A stretch of DNA of 59,614 nucleotides, the filler included, from Sphacelaria rigidula (taxonomy: Eukaryota): NCBI GenBank assembly GCA_964200075.2. It is 10 parts of 10 records of this genome, joined end to end, with 100 filler letters (N's around TTAATTAATTAA, not from the genome) between each part and the next. Parts side by side here need not be neighbours in the genome. Positions count along the whole stretch, not along the records: positions 47,774 to 53,644 come from CAXNAA020023836.1; positions 53,745 to 59,614 come from CAXNAA020023837.1; 8 more parts are not named here. One strand, 5' to 3'. Of the stretch, positions 48,131-59,614 are shown in pieces (within the stretch, counting starts at the first letter, position 1; each line of letters starts with the position of its first letter). The translations under genes were made by a program, and so were the position numbers. The notes under the pieces were generated by a model that worked only from the letters and a program-made list of their open reading frames with translations, made no database searches and was not told where the DNA came from.

Positions 48131-49961
48131 CGGCGTTGACTGGGTCGTGTCATGTCACTATGTTTCTCGAAGTGTCGTAGACCACGCCCCCCGGAAGTCG
48201 TAACGATACATCTTTTGACTGAGGCCTCGAATCCCAGCGGGAGCGTTTTTCTTTTCACTCAGGAGTATCTGCTTCCGCCGCCGAAAATGTGTGGACGTGA
48301 CTACCACTGGAAAAGTTGACGAAGGTCGACGCGGTTCGGCAGTACTGACCCAATCTTCGATGCCAAAATGTGAGGCACGTACAGGGGTAGAGACGGGGCG
48401 ATTCATTCCTGGAGACCACGGACTCGCGCCGAGGAAGGGTAGGGTTTGAAAGAATGAAGGAGGGGTGGGAGGGGCGGGGGCGGGGGGAAGGGGTCACGCA
48501 CCAATTTACCTGTGACGTCCAGCAGACGTGCTGTCCGCTCATTTCACAGGGTCTGGCTCATCAGACTGCTTTTTTATAGCTTTTCACGTTATGACGTTTT
48601 GAAAGTTTCATGCTCTCCGGCCGGATATTCGGTAGTGCTGCACATCAAATCCGAGCTGGTGAACTGTTGGACGGGGACAGAGCAGCTAAGCTATGCACGG
48701 GATGACATCTTGATCATACAACAAGAAAGTCTACGCTTGACTTGTTCTGCAATGTACTTTTTGTAGTACGCATGTTATCTCATAATTCTTCGCCTGGTGC
48801 CCACGTTTCAGTTCACTCTGTCTGCTTGCTCCTCTTTTCGAGTTGTTTCCTCGACCGAGCTCCCGCCCTCCCTCCCCATTTTTCACCTCGAGGACGTCTC
48901 ACCTTGTAACCGTGGCGGGATTTGCAGCGGATGAGTTCATAAGCGACGATCATTCAATCAAGCAAGCAAGTAATCAAGCAGTCAACAGGGGAGCTGACAC
49001 ACAACAATCCCCCCGTCAGTTTTTCCCCTATGTTGCTGCTTTTCTCGAGCTCCTCTTCGCCGAGTGTTTCCGACCATGTAATAGTAGGCCTTGGGAACGT
49101 TCATGTTGTGACCAACGGCTGCAGTGCAGTACAAACAGTACAGCTGTAGCAGCAAATCAGTTCATGTCCAACGAATCAAGCGGTTGGTCAATCGGTCAAC
49201 AGGCAAACCGAAACACCGTGAGGGATTGCCCACAACTGCCGCGAAATGCCTTGTCTTTTTTTCGCTCACCATCAGCAACTGTTCGGCTGGCGGAAGCCTT
49301 CCCCCCCTCGACCTTTCTCGACGCTGCGTCGTGTGTGTTTGTTGTACCTCAGTGTGTTCAAGCTGGTGAGCGTCAGCGACTGCGCGCGTACGCGGCGACG
49401 GAAGGCGAGGCAGTCGTGCTTGTCTATCCTTGGCATAGTTGACAGAAGAAGAAGAAAAAGGAACAAATAAAAAGAAATAAAATCCATAAAACGGTCTGAT
49501 TCAGTTGAAAAAAATGAAAAAAAAAAACAACGGGGGAAGCGGTGGAATACAAAACGAGGAAAATGCAACGGTACCTAAGACACATTGAATCTGCCACTAT
49601 TTTCTTGTGTCGTCTTGTTTTTTTTTGTTTTTTTCTCATCTTGCCCGTTTTTTTTTCTTCTGTGGCATCAGTCATCCGTGTCGAGGGGGAAACTTGAATT
49701 GGTTGCACTCAGGGTTGAGTACATAGTGATCAATTATTAAGCAGCCAACTAATTTCATGTGCATGATGCTCGATCAGTCAATGGGTTGATTTAGCGCTCA
49801 AAATATTTAACTCGTCAACTGTTATTTGTCCCATATACCCTCTATGGGTTTGCACTATCGTGGGGCAAAACGCAGACAAAAAGAAGAGAGTTGGCTGTCA
49901 TGGCGCGCAACGGCAAAAAAAAAACGAAGCTACGGGCTGGAGTGCCGCTGGATCGGGCGGT

Positions 49962-49964
<3 letters not shown>

Positions 49965-50000
<36 letters not shown>
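49965..50000. repeat. (GT)n microsatellite
   Basis: Seen directly. Confidence 0.95.
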
Positions 50001-50001
<1 letters not shown>

Positions 50002-51057
50002 TACATATCTAACCCACATTTCGCTGAGATCATGCATTTTGAACGCTCGAGCACACGCACACACACTTGCACGCACAGGTCTTCGCGTTCTTCCAGGACA
50101 ACATGACCAGGGACAACCTGTGAGTACCGTCGATCACCTCTTTTCTACTTCTTGTTTCATGTTCCTTGTCCTGCTGTCGTTGGTCTATGAACTAGGAGCG
50201 GAAACAAGACCTATTCGGTTCGCTCGGTGGCCTACTGCGTCCATTCATTCCGCGAGCGAGCATGTATCATACTTTGGGGGCGGGGGAGGGGGGGTGGGGG
50301 GGCTCTTGCTTCTTCAGATGGCGATATTATCGTACGCCTTACTTGGTAACGTTGGTTGCGGGTGCCGATGATGGTTTGGGAGGCCGTTTTTTCTGTACAA
50401 TATTCCTTTTGTTCTCTTGCAAATTCAGCTTTACCCATGTACTTTCCTATCTATAAGCCGCATGTAAGATTCACTCGAATCCGGGGGCGCGGCTGGAATA
50501 TTCCAGCGATATCCGTCAGTCAGGCACGAGCATTGGCCCGATAGTAAAAATCGACATTTTGAAGACCTCAAAATGCCGTGTAATAAAAAAAAGTGGCCTC
50601 TCTGAAAAGTGCTCAAATTGGAGGATCTGGCGCCGATTTTTGTCCGCAGCTTGGGAAGTTGTTGCTGTACTTAATCTCAGCGCAAGAGGATTCCATCACA
50701 TTTTTTGTTTTCCAAGATGTTTCGTGCGCCCCGTCAGTTTGACTTCAAGCCGCATCAGTAATTGATCATACTGTTGACCATACATGTTTGTGTGAGTTCG
50801 GTTCCTTCGGTTTCTTGAAAGCGTGACTGTACTGGAAAGGACGTTTTGGTTCATCGATGAATGAAGAAAAATATGCGTTGTTGGTCAGTGGGACTCACAC
50901 AAGCACCTAAAAGGTGATTTCGACGCCTGAAGAGCCAACACGGTACCTCACCCGATGACATGTTCGAACGCCGTCGTCGGCGTTTCATATTTCGTGCATA
51001 CATGACTTGCCCCCCTTTATAGGATAACGGGTGGTTGGGCATAGCGTGAGGGTTTCG

Positions 51058-51315
51058 AAATGAAGCAGGGTTTACGTCAAAGTCTCATGAGGGAAGGGTT
51101 GATTGGTAAAGTCACGGCATGGTAAAAATTGTGAGACGAGTGAAGGTAGTGTGAAACGAAGCAGGATTCACATCACAGTCTCGTAGGGGAGGGGTTAGTG
51201 AAGTCGCGGTATGGTGAAGCTCGGGACAGTAGTGAAAGTAGTGGGAAACGCACTCTTGTTTACGTCACAGTCTCGTAAGAGAGGGGTTGGTGAAGTCGCA
51301 GCATGGTGAAGTTTG
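51058..51315. repeat. Diverged tandem repeat, about 95-bp unit, about 3 copies
   Basis: Recurring TTTACGTCACAGTCTCGTA..GGGGTT.GTGAAGTCGC.GCATGGTGAA at about 51070, 51166 and 51259. Confidence 0.75.
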
Positions 51316-51428
51316 TGCCAGAAGCTGACACGCCTTCGTGTGAAAAATTCCATCGAAGTACTTGCCTTCCCCCCCCCGTAATGAGCGCTGGTATCTTGGA
51401 GGTGACTCTATAAATAGTAGGAACGGTA

Positions 51429-51506
51429 CTCCGTCTCGAAAGGGATGCGTGGTCAATGGTCAAACGACTAAGGTACTCAACAAATGAGTACGCCCTCCCC
51501 CCCCCC
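51429..51506 (-). repeat. Repeat family A' copy with G-tract terminus
   Basis: Reverse complement of 17917-17979, ending GAGTACGCCCTCCCCCCC. Confidence 0.8.
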
Positions 51507-53275
51507 ACCCTGTAAGACGAAAACTGGATATATTCTGTTAGACTTACAAATCGCAATAGCCCCATGCTACAGTGACAGTAGTAGAGAAAAGGACTAGGCA
51601 ACGAGAGCGAGAAAAAAAACTGCAAACGGTAACCTATTAATTGCTCTGAAGCATGTCACGAACACCCCGCCCACCCCGTCCCTCCGCCCCCCGCCACAAC
51701 GTACGTTGTCGGGTGTCGCATGTGTTGCGGAATGGCCACGGCAGGCACCAGGCCGGGCAGATACACGAGAGCTCACACGAATGTCTCGTGTTACTAGACG
51801 GTGAGACACGGGGGCCGAGGCGGGGGAGACACAAACAGACACAGACACAGACACAGAGAGGCGGATGCAGACAGACGGATGCAGACAGACAGACCGACAG
51901 ACACAGACACGCAGACAGAGTACGCGCCCCCTTCGCACAACAAATAGTATTTTCGAGGTTATCACCCATGTACGTATACGGAGAGAAAACAAAGTTGTGG
52001 ACAAGTAAGTAAAGTTTTCGTTTTCCCTCTTGTCATTCATCTATATCACCCTTTGGCCGCCAGATTGGGTCATCTGTCGAATTAGCATTGCTTTTTTTTC
52101 AACTCAAGAAATATAATACGCAATACTTGAGATGGCAGATGAGCCACCTTGGCGATGAAGAGCTATGCAGTAGGACAGTAGGACAGTATACAGTAGCCCC
52201 TCGACCGCGAGGGAGAGTCAAACTGTTGATTCGGCATCATTTTTCACTCGAAAACGGAATGTAAGACCCGGGCGAGTCATATCAGGGGTGGAAGCGTCGG
52301 CGGTGAAAGAAGTTCAGTAGACAAGCTCACTTATCTTACGAGGTGTTCGGGTTTTGTGATAAATAAATTAAAAAAAAGTCAAATATTTTTTCCTCGTACG
52401 TAGTGCAGCAGGTCGACCGTCACGTGAAAAGCGTTCATTCGTTCACGGTGCAATCGGGCTTTATGAGATGGACGTTGTATCGTGAAATGCTTGTGGTTGC
52501 TCACGGAGGCAAGAAGAGACAGGACGAGGAAGTCCGATGAGTGGATTTTCACTCACGGAGTCGCTGAATTAACCCTTCTGGTACTCGCGATGGAAAAGTG
52601 TAGATTTTTCGAGGTGCTGTTCTTTGAACGGCATATGGTTGAGCTTTTACAGCTTGTACGCAAAACTATTAGCCCGAGGCGTGTTTTTCAGACCCGCATA
52701 AACATGTGCCCCAGTGCAGTACGGTACTCAGTATATAGAAGAGAACAAAAATACTGGTGGTACTGGTTTTGTTTGTATAGAGTTCAGTGGCGCAAGTGCT
52801 GATTATGGCTGTGTTCACAAAGTTGAACATACTTGGCCCGTTGCGTCCCCTCATTGAACAAAACTAATCCAACCGTACCGGGGTGATGTTTTTGGTGCGC
52901 GGCTGACGTGTCCAGGCGGATTCTTCTGTGGCCTTCCGCCGTAAAAATGGTTGCCGTCGGTCTTCGCTGCTCCCATCTTTTCTTGTGTCTCAGGGCTTGA
53001 AATATTGAGGCGTCAGTTAAAGTGCGACGATAAATCAATCATCAATCATCTGCCCTGGGGACGGAAGGGGAGGGTTCCCAAAGGGTTGAGTCACATACGA
53101 ATATATTGTCACGCGAGAAAACAAGTCGTGGGGATCAGTCGCGCAGGGATGTATATCTCTACTGTATGCATATTGTATGTGTATGTCTTTGTGAGGATGG
53201 AGAGTTGTTTGGATATACATATATATATATATATATGCTTCCTCTGTCCCATGAGTAAAGATACCTCAATTTGTA

Positions 53276-53637
53276 CGGGCCCTTAAGGATGTCCGATCGT
53301 TTTTTGTTTTTTAATGAACTCTACGGTGTTTTTTGGGTTAAGAAAATGTGTTTAAAACTTGCAGCTCGTGCTTGAACCATCCCGCCGAATGGCTGCAAAA
53401 AAAGTAGTCGGCCCAAAAATGACCGTTTTTTTTCCCCTTTCCGAGGGGAAAAAAAGTGTCATTTTTTTCCCCTCGAAAGGGGATAAAGACGACCATTTTT
53501 TAGCCGACTACTTTTTGTGCAGCCATTCGGCGGCATGTTTTAAGCACGAGCTGCAAATTTTAAACACATTTTCTTAACCCAAAAAACACCGTAGAGTTCA
53601 TGAAAAAAAAAAACGATCGGACATCCTTAAGGGCCCG
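53276..53637. mobile_element. 362-bp highly self-complementary foldback/MITE
   Basis: CGGGCCCTTAAGGATGTCCGATCG... versus ...CGATCGGACATCCTTAAGGGCCCG, with a short loop near 53456; preceded by TA. Confidence 0.9.
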
Positions 53638-53644
53638 AAAAAAA

Positions 53645-53744
53645 NNNNNNNNNNNNNNNNNNNNNNNNNNNNNNNNNNNNNNNNNNNNTTAATTAATTAA
53701 NNNNNNNNNNNNNNNNNNNNNNNNNNNNNNNNNNNNNNNNNNNN
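53645..53744. other. Artificial contig spacer
   Basis: 44 N + TTAATTAATTAA + 44 N. Confidence 0.98.
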
Positions 53745-53859
53745 TTTTTCCCTTCGTTAAACGACCGTTTTTTCGGTTTTTTTTTTTTTCAAACATTCCC
53801 ATTCCACCTTCTTTGATTTTCCCCCCCCCCCCCCCCCCCCCCCCAACAAATGCTTTCCC

Positions 53860-56800
53860 CCCTTACCTCCAAGGATCACGCCCATCCTGCTCATCTATGC
53901 CTCACCCTTTTCTATCACTAAAATTATGTGTGCATCCCAAGAACAGTGTTTTTATACTCCTACGCCAAGGTATGTATACTGGTCCGCGGCCGGTAGTACC
54001 TCTTCTCCCCACTTTCATTCGAGCTTTACCGGATTTTCCTTATCTCCGCTATATACAAGAAATCGCGCATTTTAACGTCCGCTGTCACTCTCCATTTCCC
54101 TGTGCATTTTAGCACGTTCTCTATTCGTTTATGTAAATCCTTCTGGTGTTCCTGAAATCCCCACAAAATCATCTGCGAACATCAATCCTGATACCGTATC
54201 TCCCCCCACCCCAACTCCTTGCTTTGCTATTTCCACTGCCATAATCAGGTCATTAATAAATGTCTTACACGAAGTGGTTGACGACTGAAATCCTTGTACA
54301 ACGTGTAGCCAAACGATCCAAGCCGCCAGGTTTCAGTATAATCGCATGCATGACTGGAGCAGTGACAGGGAACAGGGGATCCTGGATTGATGGCCGTTTG
54401 CTACGTGGCCCCTTGCTATCTGGCTCGTTATCTGTTGAGGATCACTCCGTTATGAAACGGCTTGTCGAGCACGAGGCCAGTAATACTGGAGGAGTCCCTC
54501 GCTGGAAGTCCTCTTGTCCAAATCGTCTGGCAGAGGGTATACTACATCGGTATTGTTCAGGAAGCGAACAGTTTACTCATTGAGCTAGTAAGCGCTCACC
54601 GGTTTGATGGGTGAACTGTTCGCTTCCTGAACAAAAGTATGCAGTTCGAGTCCTGCGGCATGATCGATTGTGGAAGGAATGGCTTTGACGTGTGAACAGT
54701 CGGGCTTGCAATGTGCAAAGAGTACCGGAGATCATTGAAGTGTCATGCCGGAACGGGCCGCACAGCATATCGTTTGACTAGTTCAATGGGTAAACTCTTC
54801 GCTTCCTGAACAAACAATTTGCTGTGAGGTCTGTCCAGATCGTCTGGCAGAGGCTATAAACTTCTCGTGAACAAAAAATATTCCGATATTTTCCCAGTCT
54901 AGCGTCATGGCACATTTGGCGCACTCTGTCATCTTCCTCACCATTCTCCACATCTTCCCTCTGATCTCAGGTTCCCCCAAACATTTTTCCACAGCTCGTT
55001 TCTCGATACTGTGTGTCATAAGCCTTTAGTACGTCCAGAAAGAAACAACACGTTGTCAGCCCGGTATATCTTACCTACCTTGAACAATCTTACCCGATGT
55101 GTACACATGGTCCACGTAACAACGGTTTGGTCCAAAACCTGCTCGCGGCTCGCTTCATTTTCTGCCTTCTCTAGTATCGTTCCCACCCTATCATTCACAA
55201 TTTCGCATAATGTTTTTCCTACGGTGCTCAGTAGCGCTATCCCTCTATAACTCTCTGGGCCAGCGTTGTCTCCTCTCTCCAAAAGGTTTATTAATACTCA
55301 TCCTCACTTCTTGGGTGTGTACTTGCTTTCTCAATTTCAATAATACAGCGTAACCATAATGGTAATCATCCCCTCTCCCCCGTACTTCGGAAATCCATTT
55401 ACAAATTTGTCTGCCCCTGCTGCCTTTCTGTTCTTGAATTTAGCTACTCACTGCTGTACTTTATCTCTGGTGAGCTCCCTCTGCAGCTCTTTGGGGCCAC
55501 TATCCTCCTACTTCGATGGCTCTACATTTGCCTCGGTCCACGTTTTGATTTCTTGATCGAATTCCGTTTCGACCTCAAGTTGGGTTTGGTTGTTCTTAGT
55601 TTACGATAGTGCTCGAGTAGCTTTTCTCTCTTTCCCTTCGAACCACCAACCATTTGACCGTTCCGTGCCTCTAGTCTGGCGATCCCCTTGTCTATCTTTC
55701 CTGCCTCCTTTTTTATTATCCCCTTCTATCCCTACCCACCTTTGCTTCATCCCGCCATGGAAGTCTTCATTTGTTTCTCTTCACTACATCTTCCCATATT
55801 CCCTTCTTTTATTTCTCTAACGTCTCCTTCACTTCCTTCCGAGCCATAGCATACTCCTCTCATCCCACCGTATTTTCACTCGATATATGTATATACATAT
55901 CTTGCGTTTGCCGCCCTCCCTTCTCCCATAGCCTAGTTTACTTCCGCATCCAATCACCCTGCTCCTTTATTTCATACGATCAGCTTTTTCCTTATGACCT
56001 TTCTTGCTCTGGTCTTGACAACCGCTCCCATCCTTCTACAGTCTTCGCTCCTGCCCAATGCCCTTCCATTTCGATTTACCAACGGTACATACTCTTTCCA
56101 ACACCTCGGACAATTCCACCGCATTTGTCGTAATGTCTTTTTGGAATTTTTGCTATTTTTCTTCCAATTCTAGTCTATGTATTCTCGATCTGTACAACTT
56201 TCTACCCCGCCTACATCTTTCAGCTCCCGTTTGTTGACTTTCTGCCCATATTGGGTAATGATATGTAGTCCCCACGTCCTCTGAGCATACATATATTTTC
56301 ATTTCCTCACTATTTCCTCGCTCTCCCACTGTTGAGTCGAGAACGGAGCTTTTTCTCTCGTCTTCGCATTGTCTAGTCCATAATATTAGCTTTCGTGCTC
56401 TATTGTTCACCGTCTTTATGTCACTATTTTTTTGGAACTTCAGCATATCTACCCCATTTGTACTCTTCTTCTCTTCCCCGTAACGCCCAATGATATCATG
56501 CGGCTTACTTGCTTTTCCAGCCCTTGCATGAAAAACTCTCACTTACATCACTTCTCGTTGCCTTTCATACGTATGCACATCTACCATCTTTCCAAACCTC
56601 CTCTGTACATTATTCACCGTACTCGTCGATTCCTGGGATCTACAGATGTTCCCTACCTGGGAAAATCTCTTTCGTTCCCCGCTGTCCTGATACCCGCATC
56701 CATGTGCTCTCGTCGTATTTCGTGCCTTTGATCACTTCCATGATGTCACACAGGTTTTCCTTGGCTATAAATTATGCTCTCCCGTTCCCCTGTTGTTGGG

Positions 56801-56980
56801 GTTCTGTCTCTTTCGTTTTCCCCTCATCTATGCGTACTCTCTAACTGTGCACCCCACTTCCGCCCCCTCCTTACTCTTGGATCCTCACCATGTCTAGGTC
56901 AGCTATCTCTAGTCTTCTGCGCTCGTCTGTGACGAATCGACACACGTTCCAGGACCCTATTCTCAACTTCCTTTTCAAAT
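53860..56980 (-). mobile_element. Decayed non-LTR retrotransposon ORF2 (AP endonuclease + reverse transcriptase)
   Basis: LRIGSWNV..DMVRIQE (APE N-terminus, about 56880-56970); SYRGIALLSTVGKTL; FFLDV.KAYDT; FINDL..GLMFADD (54168-54182); YTYLGV; many stops and frameshifts. Confidence 0.9.
54553..54813. mobile_element. Small inverted-repeat element within an insertion in the LINE RT
   Basis: TTGTTCAGGAAGCGAACAGTTTACTCATTGAGCTAGT versus ACTAGTTCAATGGGTAAACTCTTCGCTTCCTGAACAA, with an extra internal reverse copy at about 54604-54634. Confidence 0.7.
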
Positions 56981-59266
56981 CATTCTCTACTGTCGAGCAG
57001 TGCTACGGTAGGGGTGCACTTTTCGCGCGAAAACTTGCCTGGGTCACAGAGGCTCCTGACGATTCTAGATGCACAAGAATATGGGTCAGGGCATCCCCGT
57101 TGGCAAATTCATTTGGGATATCCCAAGCACATTGGAGTAGCAATCCTGGCGTACTCTCACATATTTTGGGATGAAGGGCTTCTAACAATTATAACCTCAA
57201 AAAAATATTTGTACACCCCCACCGTAGCATCACTTGTCATTTTGTCTCAGGTTCTCTCTCAGTCGTCTTTGCTTTATATATCCCTTTATTCTACTTTTCT
57301 TCGCGTTCCCGGTTTGGGCTTTGTCTGTTTGCTTTCGGTCGCTATTTCCCCCCTCCTTTCCTCCCGGTCACCTACTTTTCCCTGCTTCTACTTTCCCCCG
57401 TTTATCCGCGGACAATGTGTCAGGTTTGCTGTTCCATTGGTTATGCCTACTCGTCATCCTACCCTTATAAACGATGCCGACACTTGACTTGTCTCTACCC
57501 TCTCCCACGCCTTGCTCGCGCTCTGTTCTAGCATGATTCGGAAGTGTTCTCCTTACCTTAATGCTTTTCCAAATGCTAAACAATGCAGTCCTACTTCCTC
57601 GCATTTCCTTTCAAACGATCTTCTCATCATATCGCTACGCACTCCGAATACCAGCGCCACCAGTACTTCATCCGTCCACTCTTTCCTTCTCCATCCACCG
57701 TTCCTTACCGTCTCGCTCTCCATCTCTTTCCAGGATATCTCCAGCTTGTTTGGTTCAAGTGTTGAAGTAGGATGTAGTCAAGGTTCTGCAGTATTCCAAT
57801 CCTAGTACTTGTTGGGGGTCAGGTGTATTTCAGTTCTTTCGCTGGCTCACCGTCACTAAATAATGCTTCCGAACACGGACTTGTAGCCTGAAGCCATGTT
57901 TACCCCCCTTGACACAAGTACCCCGCGCTTGTGCCAGACGATCTGCGTAAACCATTCAGGCATCCCACGATCGTATCTTCTATCTTATTGACCCACCACT
58001 GTACCGGTTACTTTCCTCCAGGGAGGTCATTTTTACCGTGTAAGGTTTAAGAACGCACGGTCTATTCAGACATCGGGATGTCCCGTACATCATCACTTCC
58101 TTTCATTCTGTGTAAGGTCGAGAGGTTAGCGGGACGAAGATAGCGCGCCCCCACAACACTTTGCACACAGATCTTTCTGCCCATAAGACGCAGTGTCACT
58201 TTTTCTTCACCAAGAACCCACTCATGCCCATTTCCCCCTCATATCGCTGTGTCTTTACACTGGGGGCAGGTAGAGACCAGACCCGAAAATCTAAAGACGG
58301 GCAGCTCTAAGGACCGGCCGTGACTGAAACACGTGACACCTACACGACAGGGCTAAAACAAACATGCGCAGGCATGTGCAGCACAAGCGCATCGCGTCCG
58401 GCGTTCGCCCTCGCTTAGCTACACGCGGTGGTCTCTTGTCTCTCACGACAATTGATTCAGTATTTGAAGGAGGGTCGGCCGTGTGTGTGTCAAAATTGTA
58501 CGTGAAATCTGTAAAGCATGCAGTTTTTGACGATATGAGGATGTGTTACTTCGTGTACATCTCACGTAAATCGCTGCATTTCATTCGACTTGGAACCGAT
58601 CTAACCTGAACCAAGTGCACCATTCTCGGTTAATGCACAACTAGCTAGAGCTAGAGCTGTGGTTTGTTCAGTTTGGGATGCTGTGCCTCGGGAACAAATG
58701 TGCGCTTGTGTCAACCTCGTAGTGCAACTGCTGGCCAGTGCTCGGAGCGGCCACCCCGTGAAGTATCCAGATATCAATATCCACGCTCAAGGACTAGCAC
58801 AGTAACCATGTCTTATTTATTTAACGACAATCTCGCTGGAACTCCAGGTAGTTACACCCTTCGCGCACCAAAACATTGATCGACTACAGACGTGTTTTTG
58901 CAGTCGACTGAATACCGTGTATGTTTAGGCGACGTCTCAACAACAACGGACGAATTAAAATCGAAATCCAGCTTTTTTTATCTGCGATGTTTCCGTTGTC
59001 TTCAGCGCCGGTAGCGAGCATGCACCCGAGGTGCGTGAGATTTTCTCCCATAACGACTAACAGCTGACAAACCACAGCCAATCCAACAGATTCAAACACT
59101 ACCCAAGATATTTACACTACCTCACAATTTTTCCGGGTCCGGTTTTATTTCTTGTATTTAGTTATACCCTATTCTGGGCAGTTAGCCTGCGACCACGGAA
59201 GGCGTCCGCATCAAATGCCCAGTACAGAGTACTGCGCAAATAACGGAAGGGTGCTTAACGTGAAGG

Positions 59267-59298
59267 CAACAACAACAACAACAACAACAACAGCAACA
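59267..59298. repeat. (CAA)n microsatellite
   Basis: Seen directly. Confidence 0.9.
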
Positions 59299-59614
59299 AG
59301 TCCCAAGTAACGATCGATAGTCCCCACGATAGATCTTACTTAACAGCGGAGAGTGTGCTTTTTTTGTCCTCGATCCGTCCAGCGAGGTCGCAAAGCCTAT
59401 TGGTGGAAACCGGCGCCACAAATATGGTGCCAAAACTACGCTCTAAATGTTCGACTTTTTCCTGCTCCTTATTTTCTTTAGCAAACGTCCCAGATTTTTT
59501 GTGTCTTAGGTACGTCTATCATGCGACCACGGCTAGACCCCTAGAAGTCAGTTGAAGTACGACAAACAGTCAATTAATCAGGGGGGGGGGGGGTTGTCGT
59601 CCCATTTATTGTGG

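Overview
Eukaryotic, repeat-rich, intron-containing DNA of roughly balanced GC. The repeat landscape and exon style suggest a brown alga or other stramenopile (inference). The window is not one locus: it is ten fragments of 5872, 5872, 5872, 5872, 5872, 5871, 5871, 5871, 5871 and 5870 bp joined by nine identical 100-bp artificial spacers (44 N + TTAATTAATTAA + 44 N), so it looks like a length-sorted concatenation of unplaced contigs and cross-spacer adjacency is meaningless. Supported content: (1) three in-phase exons of a diflavin (CPR/NOS-type) reductase FAD/NADPH module; (2) five exons of a protein combining IQ motifs, a C2H2-like zinc finger and an RGS domain split by a long insertion; (3) a decayed Ty3/gypsy pol whose integrase ends in a chromo-like plus a Tudor-like domain; (4) a decayed APE-RT LINE and an RTE-like LINE fragment; (5) several MITE/foldback elements, tRNA-derived SINE-like copies and at least three dispersed short repeat families, one of which sits at many contig ends. 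No prokaryotic operon, CRISPR array, rRNA or intact tRNA was seen. Most ORFs in the supplied track look spurious. All domain calls are by-eye motif recognition, not database hits.
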